A stretch of DNA of 64,000 bases from an uncultured Gemmatimonadaceae bacterium (GCA_963817955.1 CAWFQK010000005.1:156709-220708); one strand, 5' to 3'; positions 9,333 through 19,748 are shown, numbered from the stretch's first letter. A program made the numbers and translations. The notes: generated from the letters alone by a model not told the origin.

Positions 9333-11654
9333 ATGTCTTCCCTCATCCGGTTCGCGGTCGCGGCGCTCGCTGTCGCGTCGGCGGCGCACGCGCAATCCGT
9401 GGGCAGCGTCCACGGCACGATCACCAACGCGCAGACGCACGCCCCGATCATCGGTGCGCGCATCGCCATCGTGACGCCGGAACGTGTCGCGATCAGCGGC
9501 GCGCACGGCGGCTATACCCTGCGCGACGTTCCCGCCGGCACGTACGTGGTGACGACGACCGCGATGGGCCGCCGCCCGGATACGTCGCGAGTCACCGTGA
9601 ACGGGGGCGAGTCGGTCACGCTCGATGTCGCGCTCAATCAGGGATCGCTCATGCTCTCGAGCGTCATCGTTTCGGCGACACGCACGCCGACCGAGGCGAG
9701 CAAGGTGGCGTCGACGGTGAGCGTGCTCACGCCAGAGCACGTACAGGCGAGCCCGGCGCGCGAGGCGCAAGACCTGTTGCGCGAGATCCCGAGCGTCGAA
9801 CTGCCGCGTACGAGCAGCCTCGTTGGCGGCACGGCGCAGATCGTATCGATTCGGGGCGTGGACGAAGGGCGCACCGCGGTGCTGTTCGACGGCGTGCCGG
9901 TGAATGATGCGTGGGGCGAGTGGATCGATTGGGGCCGCGTGCCGAAATCGATGCTCGATCGCGTGGAAGTCGTCGAGGGCGGAACGTCGAGCCTCTACGG
10001 CAACGGTGCGATGGGCGGCGTGATCTCGTTCTTCTCGCGGCCACTCTCGCCCGGTGCCGCGGACCTGCAGGTCGACGGCGGCAGCCGCGACGCGCGCCAC
10101 ATGTACGCGGCGGGCAGCGTGCCGGTGTTCGGCGCGTTGACGGCAAACGTGACCGGAGACTACCAGGAGAAGGGCGGCTACAATATGATCGACCCCGCCC
10201 ATCGTGGACCCATCGACATGACGTCGGACGTGATCCAGCGCAACGCGTACTTGCGGCTCAATTACGCGCCGTCGTCCTCGTGGTCGGCATTCGCCACGGG
10301 CCATCTGTTCGGCGATTCGCGCGGACTCGGGACGCCGCTCACGTTCGCCAACCGCGATCAGCGGAACCTCGACCTCGGACTTACGCACGGCGAGTCGAGC
10401 ACCGGCCTGCTCTCCGTGCGCGCGTGGGATGGCCGTCAAATTGAAGACCAGCGGTCGTCGGCCATTCGCTCGGCGACGCTGCGCAATGCGGAAGACAGCA
10501 GCCTCACCGCGGAAATTCCCAGCCACGATTGGGGCGGCTCGGCACAATGGACGCGCGGCGGACTGTTCGGGCTCGAGTCGTTCAGCGTTGGCGGCGACTA
10601 TCGCCGCATGAGCGGCGACTACAACGAGGTCGACTTCAGCACGACCTGCCCCGGCGCAAGCTGCGGCTCGGTCGCGCGGCGCGTATCGTCTGGTGGCGAG
10701 CAGAGCCTGAGCGGCGTGTTCGCGCAGGCGATTGCCGCGCCAATCTCTCCGCTCCGCGTGGAGCTGAGCGCGCGGGTGGACCAGTGGAACAACGACAACG
10801 GCCACTCGCTCGACGCGGCCGCGGGCAATACGACGTATGCGGATAAGCACAAGACGGCGTTCTCGCCGCGACTGGGCGCACGCTACCAGCTCTTCTCCAC
10901 CTTCTCGCTGCGCGGCGCGGTGTACAAGGCGTTCCGTGCGCCAAACCTCGCCGAGCTGTACCGCAAGCAGATCAGCACGACGTCGATCACTGTCCCGAAC
11001 CCCGACCTCAGCCCCGAGAACGCACTCGGCCGTGAAGCCGGCTTCGACTGGCAACCGCTCGATTGGGTGCAGATGACCGGCACGTACTACGTCGCCGAGT
11101 ACAACGACTTCAACGTTCCCGTAACGCTGACGACGAACAAGCCCGCGGCGTGCGGTGCGATCGCGACCTGCCGCGAGCGATTGAACATCAACGCATCGCG
11201 CAGCCAGGGTGCCGAGAGCTCGATCGCGCTCCGGCCGATCCAGCAGCTCTTCGTCAGCGCGGCCGTGAGCTACGACGACGACCGCCAGCAGTCCGGCTTG
11301 CCGGCCGGGACGACGGACGCGACGAAGCCGCACATCAATCGCGTGCCGTCGCCCAAGCAGACGATCCGCGCATCGTGGACGTCCGCGCTGCTCGGCGAGT
11401 GGACGGCGGTCTGGCGCCACGAAGGCCGGACGACGACGCTCGGCGGATTGGGACTCGACCCGTACACGTTGGTTGACGCCAACGTTCAGCGTGAGATCGT
11501 TTCGGGACTCCGCGCGTTCGTGTCGGTCGAGAACCTTGGCAACGTGCAGTACCAGGTGAACATCGCGGGCGCGGGAACGGCGTCGAATCCGTACATCGTG
11601 TCGCAGGGTTTGCCGCGGACGGTGAGAGCAGGCGTGGAAGCGTTCAGATTCTAA
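9333..11654 (+). CDS. TonB-dependent receptor with an N-terminal carboxypeptidase-regulatory-like domain
   Basis: Signal peptide, VIVSATRT TonB-box-like segment, plug (RVEVVEGGTSSLYGNGAMGGVI), FRAPNLAELY, NPDLSPE, C-terminal Phe. Confidence 0.93.
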   Translation: MSSLIRFAVAALAVASAAHAQSVGSVHGTITNAQTHAPIIGARIAIVTPERVAISGAHGGYTLRDVPAGTYVVTTTAMGRRPDTSRVTVNGGESVTLDVALNQGSLMLSSVIVSATRTPTEASKVASTVSVLTPEHVQASPAREAQDLLREIPSVELPRTSSLVGGTAQIVSIRGVDEGRTAVLFDGVPVNDAWGEWIDWGRVPKSMLDRVEVVEGGTSSLYGNGAMGGVISFFSRPLSPGAADLQVDGGSRDARHMYAAGSVPVFGALTANVTGDYQEKGGYNMIDPAHRGPIDMTSDVIQRNAYLRLNYAPSSSWSAFATGHLFGDSRGLGTPLTFANRDQRNLDLGLTHGESSTGLLSVRAWDGRQIEDQRSSAIRSATLRNAEDSSLTAEIPSHDWGGSAQWTRGGLFGLESFSVGGDYRRMSGDYNEVDFSTTCPGASCGSVARRVSSGGEQSLSGVFAQAIAAPISPLRVELSARVDQWNNDNGHSLDAAAGNTTYADKHKTAFSPRLGARYQLFSTFSLRGAVYKAFRAPNLAELYRKQISTTSITVPNPDLSPENALGREAGFDWQPLDWVQMTGTYYVAEYNDFNVPVTLTTNKPAACGAIATCRERLNINASRSQGAESSIALRPIQQLFVSAAVSYDDDRQQSGLPAGTTDATKPHINRVPSPKQTIRASWTSALLGEWTAVWRHEGRTTTLGGLGLDPYTLVDANVQREIVSGLRAFVSVENLGNVQYQVNIAGAGTASNPYIVSQGLPRTVRAGVEAFRF

Positions 11655-11699
11655 CTGGCATGGAGTAGCTCGGTCCGAGCAGTTAGCCCGGGCCGGCCG

Positions 11700-14285
11700 T
11701 TACATGGACATCCAGTACGATCCCTTGATCAGGAACACGTTCGCTGGATGTCCGGCCCGCAACTCGGCCAGCCCGGAGGGCATGGCTCGCGCACGAGCGG
11801 CGTCTTCCTCATCCAACGTCCGCTCCTGCGCCCACACGAAGTAGAGTGTTGAGCCCGGGCGGTACTCCCATCGCACAACGGTGTTGGAGCGGTACTGTTT
11901 GTAGTCGAACGCGCCGGGATCGCCTCCATTGAAGGGCGTGTAGCGGTCGCGCCACTGGTCGGCGCGCGGATCGGCTACCTGCAGCCAGTCGGAATAGTTG
12001 CCACGCGTCGCGAAGGGTGCGGCGTAGATCTGGAGCGACAGGTTGGGTGTCGCGGTCACACCAATGCGCATGGTCAGCGAGCGGCTGGTCTGGTTCAGGC
12101 TTGCCACGGTGTAGTGCGTGGTGTCAACGCCGATCACACCGTAATTGCCGGCGAACTGCGCCGCGTTCACGCTGCGGCCAAAGTTGTACGACACGCTTCC
12201 CGTCAAACGGCTCGTCATGCGAAAATCAGCCGACGGTCCGCCATTCCAGCCGTACGAGCGGCCGCCATCGCCGCGATTCCAGTTGGCATTCAGGTACGGA
12301 ATGAGCGGCCACCGCGGATCGCCCTGGAGCGACATCCAGCCCCAGTTCGACGGCTCCTGACGCACCGCGGGTCCGCCGCGTGTGCAGAGGTCGCAGTACG
12401 ACGTTCCCGCGGCGTTCACTCCTTCGCCGGCGTGCAGCCACATGCTGTTCTTGAATTCCAAGTGGGCATTCACGTTGCCGCCAAGGTCGAGACGTGTGCC
12501 GTCCCACGACCAGTTCGTCCACTGGTTGAGGTTCACGCTCCAGGAGCGGTAGCCGGCGGCCGGGGTGTTTTTATGAAACTGGAACCAGAGGAACTGGTTC
12601 CTGGCGTTGGCACGCGACAGGAACCCCACATCGTTGACCTCGAATCCGGGCGACAACAACTGGTAGCCGGTGCTGAACAGCGTCGAACCGCCGCCACGCT
12701 TCGCGAGCATGATCTGCGCCGAATAGCCGTCGAGACTCGTCCGCGTCGAATCAAAGGCGATGTTGTCGTCGGGACGCTGGTAGTTGTGGACCCCGCTGAG
12801 CTGCGTGAGCGCGATCGCGCCCGGGGAGCCCTGCACCAGGCTGTGGGCGTAGTAACCCGACAGCTCGAAGTTGCGTTGCAGGAACTGATGGCGGAAATCG
12901 AGTCCGCCCGCGTACGCATTCGATCGCAGATAGTCGCGCGACCACTCGTCGAGGTTGCGACGGACGCTCGTGACCATGACGCCAACGCCGCTCGCGCCCT
13001 GGCGGAAGTCGCGTTGCAAGCGCCCCACGAAGTAGTTCGTCTGCGGCTCGATCGTCTGGTTGCCCGGCGCGATCTCGCGCTGCGTGACCGCGTCGAGCAC
13101 GCCCACCGACACGCCATTGCTCAACCGGCCCGTCAACTTGGTCGCCCCAAGGATGGTGGAGGACATGGCGTTCGACGGATCGGCGTACGTGCCGGCGAGC
13201 TGCGGGCTCCGACCAATGCGGCGCGAGTAGAACAACCCGGAGCACTGGTTGTCGCTGCAGTTGAGATCGAAACGAAACAGCCCCTGTCCCTCGAGGAAGA
13301 ACGGGCGCTGCTCGGGAAAGAACGTCTCGAATGCCGACAGGTTGAGCACCGACGGATCGGCCTCCACCTGGCCGAAGTCCGGGTTCACCGTTGCGTCCAC
13401 GGTGAGGTTGGAGGTGACGCCGTACTTCACGTCCGCTCCCATCGTTGCTTGGCTGCGCTGTGACCAGCCGATGGTTGCTGGCGCGTTGAAGGTCTTCGCG
13501 ACGCTGTACGGTGCGACCTCGAGCCGCCGCGGCGACGTGATCCCGTCAATGCCCTCGAGATCGCCGAGTTGTGAGGACAACGCATTCTTCCCGCGCGAGT
13601 AGACAGGCCACGAGTAGCGTTCGTTGAATCGCGCCACATCGCGCCAGATGCCGAACCCGAAGGTGTGCGTGGAGCCGCCGGCGAACCGCAGTTGATTCAA
13701 CGGGACACGGTATTCGGCAACCCAGCCAAGCGAATCGATGCGTGTCGCGACCTCCCACACGCCGTCCCACGACCCGTCCTCCTCGACGTCGTTGAGCATG
13801 GCATAGTCGCGCTTGACGCCCACCGGATTGACGGCAAGCTCGACGCCCGTTCGCCGGTCGTGGTAGCCGTCGATCATGATCTTCAGCCAATCCGATTGGG
13901 TGCGAACGTCGTGACGGCTGAGCAGCGCCACGATACTGTCGGGGTGCGGGTCGAAGGCGCGCACCAGCACATAGAGATTGTGCTCGTCATAGGCGACGCG
14001 GGCTTCGGTACGGAAGCGCGGGTCGCCATTCTCCACGGGACTGAAGCTCCGGAAGGCATCTATGACTTGGGCGGTGGCCCACACGGCGTCGTCCCCCTTC
14101 CCGTCGATCACCGGCGGCTTGACGGCATGCGCGGCCACCGCAATGGTTGCCGAGCTCACACGCGACACCGGCGGCGGTGCGGCGCCGGTTCCCATGGTGA
14201 CAATCTCTTGCTGAGCGGCCAGCACGGAGGGGGCAAAGCACAGAACAGCGGCGAGGCCGCGAACGAGGCGGGGCGAGAGGGGCAT
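11700..14285 (-). CDS. CBM9-like/DUF5916 outer-membrane protein
   Basis: PVIDGKGDDAVW, ATVNPDFGQVEAD, FFPEQRPFFLEG, FYSRRIG, RWEYRPGSTLY, KGSYW. Confidence 0.88.
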   Translation of the reverse strand: MPLSPRLVRGLAAVLCFAPSVLAAQQEIVTMGTGAAPPPVSRVSSATIAVAAHAVKPPVIDGKGDDAVWATAQVIDAFRSFSPVENGDPRFRTEARVAYDEHNLYVLVRAFDPHPDSIVALLSRHDVRTQSDWLKIMIDGYHDRRTGVELAVNPVGVKRDYAMLNDVEEDGSWDGVWEVATRIDSLGWVAEYRVPLNQLRFAGGSTHTFGFGIWRDVARFNERYSWPVYSRGKNALSSQLGDLEGIDGITSPRRLEVAPYSVAKTFNAPATIGWSQRSQATMGADVKYGVTSNLTVDATVNPDFGQVEADPSVLNLSAFETFFPEQRPFFLEGQGLFRFDLNCSDNQCSGLFYSRRIGRSPQLAGTYADPSNAMSSTILGATKLTGRLSNGVSVGVLDAVTQREIAPGNQTIEPQTNYFVGRLQRDFRQGASGVGVMVTSVRRNLDEWSRDYLRSNAYAGGLDFRHQFLQRNFELSGYYAHSLVQGSPGAIALTQLSGVHNYQRPDDNIAFDSTRTSLDGYSAQIMLAKRGGGSTLFSTGYQLLSPGFEVNDVGFLSRANARNQFLWFQFHKNTPAAGYRSWSVNLNQWTNWSWDGTRLDLGGNVNAHLEFKNSMWLHAGEGVNAAGTSYCDLCTRGGPAVRQEPSNWGWMSLQGDPRWPLIPYLNANWNRGDGGRSYGWNGGPSADFRMTSRLTGSVSYNFGRSVNAAQFAGNYGVIGVDTTHYTVASLNQTSRSLTMRIGVTATPNLSLQIYAAPFATRGNYSDWLQVADPRADQWRDRYTPFNGGDPGAFDYKQYRSNTVVRWEYRPGSTLYFVWAQERTLDEEDAARARAMPSGLAELRAGHPANVFLIKGSYWMSM

Positions 14286-14317
14286 GACCCTGAGACACCG
14301 GGCGGGGCGGAATGGTT

Positions 14318-14374
14318 GGGAGATGGGACACGGGACAACGGGAGCCTGTCATCCTGAGCGAAGCGAAGGATCTC
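14318..14374 (+). repeat. GGGACAC heptamers plus TGTCATCCTGAGCGAAGCGAAGGATCTC repeat, copy 2
   Basis: Direct reading. 14347-14374 matches the 881-908 motif with one substitution. Confidence 0.8.
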
Positions 14375-14391
14375 TGTGAGAGATAGAACAG

Positions 14392-14639
14392 CTTTTTAAC
14401 GCGGAGGACGCAGAGAACTGCAGGAGAACTGCAGAGGACCGTGAAGGATTGTCTCGCCTGGGAGTCTTGGATGATGCCGTCGTGACGCTCGGAGTCGCGC
14501 AGCCGAGAGATGGGATCATCTGAGTGATGGGATCAAGAGATGGGATCATCCGACTGGTGAATTGCCTCTCGCGTTCCACCTCCAGACGCTTCCCTCTTGC
14601 AGTTCTCTTGCAGTTCTCTGCGTCCTCTGCGTTAAAAAG
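14392..14639. mobile_element. Element bounded by ~46-bp inverted repeats with a decayed interior resembling a GxxExxY protein C-terminus
   Basis: Left arm CTTTTTAACGCGGAGGACGCAGAGAACTGCAGGAGAACTGCAGAGG (14392-14437). The right arm (14593-14639) is its near-perfect reverse complement. The interior reads ...RDGII*...RDGIIRLVN. Confidence 0.65.
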
Positions 14640-14769
14640 ACGGCAACGGACACGGCCACGATCCCCAACAACGCTCGCCCCACGCCGCCCGTTATTATCA
14701 GAGGCGTCGCGCACCCCCCGCGCGACTGACTACACGCTCCTGAGTACACATCACGTCAATGGAGGCGGG

Positions 14770-16578
14770 ATGACCCTGCGGTCGCGGACTATCGTATCGA
14801 CCCTCGCCATCCTCTGCGCGGCCGGCGCCGCGCAGGCGCAACGCAACAAGAAAGACGTGCAGGAATTCACGAAGCAGGGGCTGGTCATCGTGAATTTCAC
14901 GCCGGGCACTAGCGCCGATTTCCGGCTCGGGCGGAAGGCGGCCGATGCCGTCCGCGGGCGGGTCGACAAGTTGGTCAATCATCGCGAGGTGGAGGTCGTC
15001 GACGGCGGAGAGGTTCGCTACCAGCTCGAGAAGGCCGGCTACAATCCCGACACCGCCTACGGCGCGAGCGGGATCCGCGCGATTGGCCGGTTCATGCGCG
15101 CCGACGAATTCGTCATCGCGTCGGTGTCGAATCAGGGCGGGGTGTTTCGCCTGAGCGGTCAGCTCGCGCTGCTCCGCGACGAGAAGCTGCGTCAACCGCT
15201 GCCGGACGCCACGTCGCCAAAGTTGGACTCCGCCGCGCAACTGTTCGCGCGGTCGCTCGCCGGCGCACGTTCCCAACTCGTCTATGAGCGCCGGTGCGAG
15301 AACGCGCTGCGTGAAGGTAGTGCGGCGCGCGCGATCGCAGCCGCACGCGAGGGCATTGCGGCGTTCCCGATGTCGACGATCGCGCGCACCTGTCTCGTGT
15401 GGGCTTTGCGCCAGAACGGCACGCCCGCGACCGAGGTGCTCGCCGTGGCACGCGAGATCCTGGCCGTCGATTCGATCAGTACGCACGCCATCGAAGCCGC
15501 TGCCGTTTCGCTCGACTCGCTCAAGCGCCGAGACGAGGCCGCGGACATGTGGTTCCGCCTCGCGGCCACGGATTCGTCGGACATGGGCGTCGCCACGCGC
15601 GTGATATACTCGCTCCTCGATGGCGGCAATGCTCGGCGCGCAGAACCATATGTCGACCGACTGTCCGCGGAGCATCCCGACGACATACAGTTGCTGCGCC
15701 AAGCGTGGCGTGCGGCATATGAAACGAAGCACTGGACGCACGCCATCGCCGCGGGTGAAGCGCTGCTGGCACGCGATTCAGTGGCACGCTCCGATTCCGT
15801 GTTCTATCTGCGGCTGGCGACCGCCTATCACTCCGGCAACAAACCATACAAGGCCATCGAGACGCTGGCGCACGGCGTGGGGTCGTTCCCCAATGACAGC
15901 CGGCTCTATTCCCTGTACACGCAATACATCAGGGCCGAGGCAGACACAGTCGTTCCGCGCGGAATCGCGCTGTTTCCACGAAGTGCCGACCTCGTCGCGA
16001 TCAACGCGAAGGATCTCCGCGCGCGCGGCAAGATCGCGGAGTCGCTCGACGCCACCAAACAGGCCGTGGCGCTGGACTCGACGATGACGCAGGGACGACT
16101 GATGGTGGCACAGCTCGAGATAGAACTCGGCCGGCCCGACACCGCGCTCGCCACGTTGCACGTAGCCGTAGCCGGCGGCGAGGATCGGACGCTCGTCTCG
16201 CAGTTCGCGCTGTCGAAGGGCAACACGCTCTATCGCGCAGCCAATGCGACGAAGAGCTCGGCTGATTTCAGTCTGGCTCTGCGCTTCCTGAACTACTCCG
16301 ACTCGCTGCTGTCCACCCCGCAGTCAAAGTTCCTGTCGGGCGCTGCCGCACTCGGCGTTGCCCAGTCGGCCCTGACCGAAGCATCGAAGACAAAAGACAA
16401 GACGGAGGGATGCCGACTCTCTCAACTCGGTTCGGACATGCTGCCGACGGCGCGCAGCGGATTGCAGGCCGGTCAGGAGATGTTCGGCGATGCGGCAAAG
16501 CAATCGCTGGATTATCTCGAGCAATTCGAGCCGTACGTTCGGCAGGCGCTGGCGGGCTACTGCAAAGCGGGGATCTAA
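14770..16578 (+). CDS. Secreted TPR-repeat protein
   Basis: Signal peptide (…AAGAAQA), Ala-rich helical repeats, GGAGG upstream of ATG 14770. Confidence 0.8.
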   Translation: MTLRSRTIVSTLAILCAAGAAQAQRNKKDVQEFTKQGLVIVNFTPGTSADFRLGRKAADAVRGRVDKLVNHREVEVVDGGEVRYQLEKAGYNPDTAYGASGIRAIGRFMRADEFVIASVSNQGGVFRLSGQLALLRDEKLRQPLPDATSPKLDSAAQLFARSLAGARSQLVYERRCENALREGSAARAIAAAREGIAAFPMSTIARTCLVWALRQNGTPATEVLAVAREILAVDSISTHAIEAAAVSLDSLKRRDEAADMWFRLAATDSSDMGVATRVIYSLLDGGNARRAEPYVDRLSAEHPDDIQLLRQAWRAAYETKHWTHAIAAGEALLARDSVARSDSVFYLRLATAYHSGNKPYKAIETLAHGVGSFPNDSRLYSLYTQYIRAEADTVVPRGIALFPRSADLVAINAKDLRARGKIAESLDATKQAVALDSTMTQGRLMVAQLEIELGRPDTALATLHVAVAGGEDRTLVSQFALSKGNTLYRAANATKSSADFSLALRFLNYSDSLLSTPQSKFLSGAAALGVAQSALTEASKTKDKTEGCRLSQLGSDMLPTARSGLQAGQEMFGDAAKQSLDYLEQFEPYVRQALAGYCKAGI

Positions 16579-16623
16579 TGGGCGCGTCGTGAAACATTGG
16601 AGTAAGTTTTCAATGTCCAGCGC

Positions 16624-17814
16624 ATGGAGCCCCTGGTGTCCCAATCCGGCGATGTCGAGAAGGAAACGGAATCGATAGCGCAACAACTGGCAGCGTTCGC
16701 TTCCGGGCTGTACCAGCCGGATGTTACGATCAGCACGTTCCTGGACTCCCTTGCTGAAGCCGTCATTGTCGTAAACAAATTTGGAACGGTACTGTTCGTC
16801 AATGCTCGGACGGAGGCGATGTTCGGGTACGAACGAAGGGACATGGTTGGAAAGCCCCATGACATGATCCTTCCTCAACGCGTGCGCGATATTCACAAGA
16901 CGCACATGGCGGGGTTCTTTGCCGCCCCCAGAATACGACCGATGGGTGTGGGGCTCGAGCTCGCCGGACTGCGCCGGGATGGAACCGAGTTTCCTGTTGA
17001 GATCAGCCTGAGCTTTGTCCAGACGGCCGACGACCTGTTCGTGGTAGCCTTCGTCAGCGACATCACACTTCGCAAACAAGCTGATCGAATGCTCCATGAC
17101 CGGAATCAGGAGCTCGAGGCGTTCGCCCACACCTTGGCCCACGATATCAAGAACTCCGTGGGGGTGATGACGGGGTTCGGTAGGCTTCTCGACGGTTCGA
17201 TCGGGGAATTGGCGCCAGACGAGATGGCTGATGCGGCACAGCGCATGGTCAAGACCGGCGAGAAGCTCAGCCACATCGTCGACGGGCTACTGCTGTTTGC
17301 CACGATCGGCAGGGATGACATCAGCGTGAAACCACTCGCGATGTCGCCGATCGTCGCTTCGGCAATCGAGCGTGTCCGCGGTGTGAGCGAGGAACGGCAA
17401 GCCGAGATCGTCAAGCCCGACGCATTTCCAGCCGCGCTTGGATATGAGAGCTGGGTGGAAGAAATCTGGTTCAACTACATCAGCAACGCGGTCAAGTATG
17501 GCGGGACACCGCCAAGGATCGAACTCGGCGGGGCGGAGCGCGAAGACGGTTGTGCGACGTTCTGGGTCAAGGACAACGGGCCTGGGATCGATCCCGGGCA
17601 ACAGGCCGACATCTTTGAGAGCTACAAGTCACGCAAGGAGAAGTCGCAGCAGGGGTATGGTTTAGGATTGTCGATAGTAAAACGTATAGTTGAGAAGCTC
17701 AATGGAACGGTCGACGTCCAGAACGCACCGGGGGGCGGCGGCCTGTTTTCCTTCAGCCTTCCTCTTGCGATGACGCGGCCGGTGGATTGCGCTCCAGGGA
17801 CGCAGGCCTATTAG
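16624..17814 (+). CDS. PAS-domain sensor histidine kinase
   Basis: PAS (RRDGTEFPVEISLS), H-box AHTLAHDIKN, N-box NYISNAVKY, DNGPGI, GYGLGLSIV. Confidence 0.93.
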   Translation: MEPLVSQSGDVEKETESIAQQLAAFASGLYQPDVTISTFLDSLAEAVIVVNKFGTVLFVNARTEAMFGYERRDMVGKPHDMILPQRVRDIHKTHMAGFFAAPRIRPMGVGLELAGLRRDGTEFPVEISLSFVQTADDLFVVAFVSDITLRKQADRMLHDRNQELEAFAHTLAHDIKNSVGVMTGFGRLLDGSIGELAPDEMADAAQRMVKTGEKLSHIVDGLLLFATIGRDDISVKPLAMSPIVASAIERVRGVSEERQAEIVKPDAFPAALGYESWVEEIWFNYISNAVKYGGTPPRIELGGAEREDGCATFWVKDNGPGIDPGQQADIFESYKSRKEKSQQGYGLGLSIVKRIVEKLNGTVDVQNAPGGGGLFSFSLPLAMTRPVDCAPGTQAY

Positions 17815-17825
17815 TAGAGCGCGTC

Positions 17826-19748
17826 CTACCGCGTTCCAACCCCGGCGAGATGATCCGACGTCTGCGACAATCCCGCGCCCTCGGCGTGTTCATCCTCGAT
17901 CGGGTTGATGATTCCGGTCTCCAGCCAGGCGTGATCGCCCCGCATGACTTGTTGCGCCACGCCGTACATCTGCGCGTCGTAGCTGCCATAGAAGTCCTCG
18001 AATAGCCGCTCCACGCGCACCCGCGCCGCGCGGCAAAAGAGATCGGCCAGCGTCGCGGCCTCTTCGTTCCCCTGCTTGAGCAGCATGCGCGCGCGCACGC
18101 AGGAGGCCGCGATGGCGAACAACTCGGACCCGATGTCCACGGCACGGAACAATACGAGTTGGCGCCGCTCGAGCTTGGGGCCGAGTCGGACCATGGCGTG
18201 GAAGATTGCGCGGCCCAGCTTGCGCGTGTGTCGCTCGGCAAATCGCATGTGTTTCGCCAATGGGCCGAACTCGCCGAAGGTGCCGGGCAACTGGCCCTTC
18301 CCTACCCAGCGGCTGGGATACCACGCAGGATAGAACTTCAACACGCGGCGGAGTGCTGCCGTCTTCTCGCGCTTGGACGCTTCCTTGTCCACCAACGCGA
18401 ATGCCGTCTTGAAGTGGTAGTCCACTGCTTCGCGGGCAATGAACAGGCGCATGATCTCCGACGAACCCTCGAAGATCAGATTGATGCGCGAATCGCGCAT
18501 GATACGCTCGATCGGGATGGGGCGTTCGCCGCGGGCGCGGAGCGAGTCGGCGGTCTCATAGCCTCGTCCGCCACGGATCTGCAGCGCATCGTCCACAATG
18601 CGCCATCCGTGCTCCGAGTTGTACATCTTGGCAATCGCCGCCTCCAGGCGAATGTCATAGTGTCCTCGCTCGGCGAGTCCAACAGCAAGCCCGGCGATCG
18701 ATTCCATGGCATACGTGTTCGCCGCCATCATGGCGACCTTCTGCGCCACTGCTTCGTGCTTGCCGATTGGCGCACCCCACTGCACACGCTCGCTGGCCCA
18801 CGTGCGCGACGCTTGGAGCAGCGCCTTGCTGCCCCCCGCGACGCTGGCCGGCAGGGTGAGCCGCCCGGTGTTCAACGTGATGAGCGCGAGCTTGAGGCCC
18901 TTGCCCTCGCCCCACAAGATGTTCTCGCGCGGCACGCGCACGTTCGTGAACCGCAGGACGCCGTTCTCGAGGGCCTTGAGACCCATGAACCGACAGCGGT
19001 GCACCACCTCGAAGCCGGGCGACGATGCTTCGACGATGAACGCCGTGATCTGCTTGCGCGACTTGCCGTTCACGACCACATCCGGCGTGCGCGCCATGAC
19101 CACGAGCAGCTCGGCGCGTGTGCCGTTCGTACACCAGAGTTTCTCGCCGTTCAACGTGAAGTACTTACCGTCGGGGCTTGGCTCGGCGGACGTATGCATG
19201 TTTGCCGGATCGGAGCCCGCGTCGACCTCGGTGAGCGCGAACGCACTGATGGCGCCCTTCGCGAGGCGCGGAAAGAACTTCCGTTTCTGCTCCGGCGTGC
19301 CGAACAATTTCAACGGCTGCGGTAATCCAATGGATTGATGGGCCGAGAGCAGCGCGGTGAGCGAGCCGTCCTTCGAGGTCACCATCGCCATTGCTTTGAC
19401 GTAGCTCGCGTACGACAAGCCGAGGCCACCGTACTCCGTGGGAATCTTGATCCCGAACGCGCCCATGTCGCGCAGCTCCTGCACATACGGCTCGGGAATC
19501 TCACCGGTACGATCGATCATGTCCGAATCGACACGCTCCAGGAAGGCGGCGAGCGTGTCCAGGAAGGGCTGCGCGCGCGCTGCGTCGTCGGCGTCCTCCT
19601 CCGGATGCGGATGAATGAGATCGAGCCGGAATCGGCCGAGGAACAGCTCGCGGACGAAACTCGGTCCCGACCATTCGCTCTCGCGGGCGGCTTCAGCGAC
19701 GTCGCGGGCTTCCTTCTCGGAAGCGAGGCCAGCCGATTGCTGTGACAT
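17826..19748 (-). CDS. Acyl-CoA dehydrogenase (long type)
   Basis: FALTEVDAGSD, LNGEKLWCTNG, GRL, RVQWG, QIRGGRGY, RINLIFEGSSEI. Confidence 0.95.
   Translation of the reverse strand: MSQQSAGLASEKEARDVAEAARESEWSGPSFVRELFLGRFRLDLIHPHPEEDADDAARAQPFLDTLAAFLERVDSDMIDRTGEIPEPYVQELRDMGAFGIKIPTEYGGLGLSYASYVKAMAMVTSKDGSLTALLSAHQSIGLPQPLKLFGTPEQKRKFFPRLAKGAISAFALTEVDAGSDPANMHTSAEPSPDGKYFTLNGEKLWCTNGTRAELLVVMARTPDVVVNGKSRKQITAFIVEASSPGFEVVHRCRFMGLKALENGVLRFTNVRVPRENILWGEGKGLKLALITLNTGRLTLPASVAGGSKALLQASRTWASERVQWGAPIGKHEAVAQKVAMMAANTYAMESIAGLAVGLAERGHYDIRLEAAIAKMYNSEHGWRIVDDALQIRGGRGYETADSLRARGERPIPIERIMRDSRINLIFEGSSEIMRLFIAREAVDYHFKTAFALVDKEASKREKTAALRRVLKFYPAWYPSRWVGKGQLPGTFGEFGPLAKHMRFAERHTRKLGRAIFHAMVRLGPKLERRQLVLFRAVDIGSELFAIAASCVRARMLLKQGNEEAATLADLFCRAARVRVERLFEDFYGSYDAQMYGVAQQVMRGDHAWLETGIINPIEDEHAEGAGLSQTSDHLAGVGTR

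Noticed and set aside
9288..11420. 710-aa minus-strand ORF and similar long shadow ORFs (e.g. 36584-38371, 3500-4780)
   Set aside because: They are antisense to well-supported genes, as expected in high-GC DNA, and carry no motifs.
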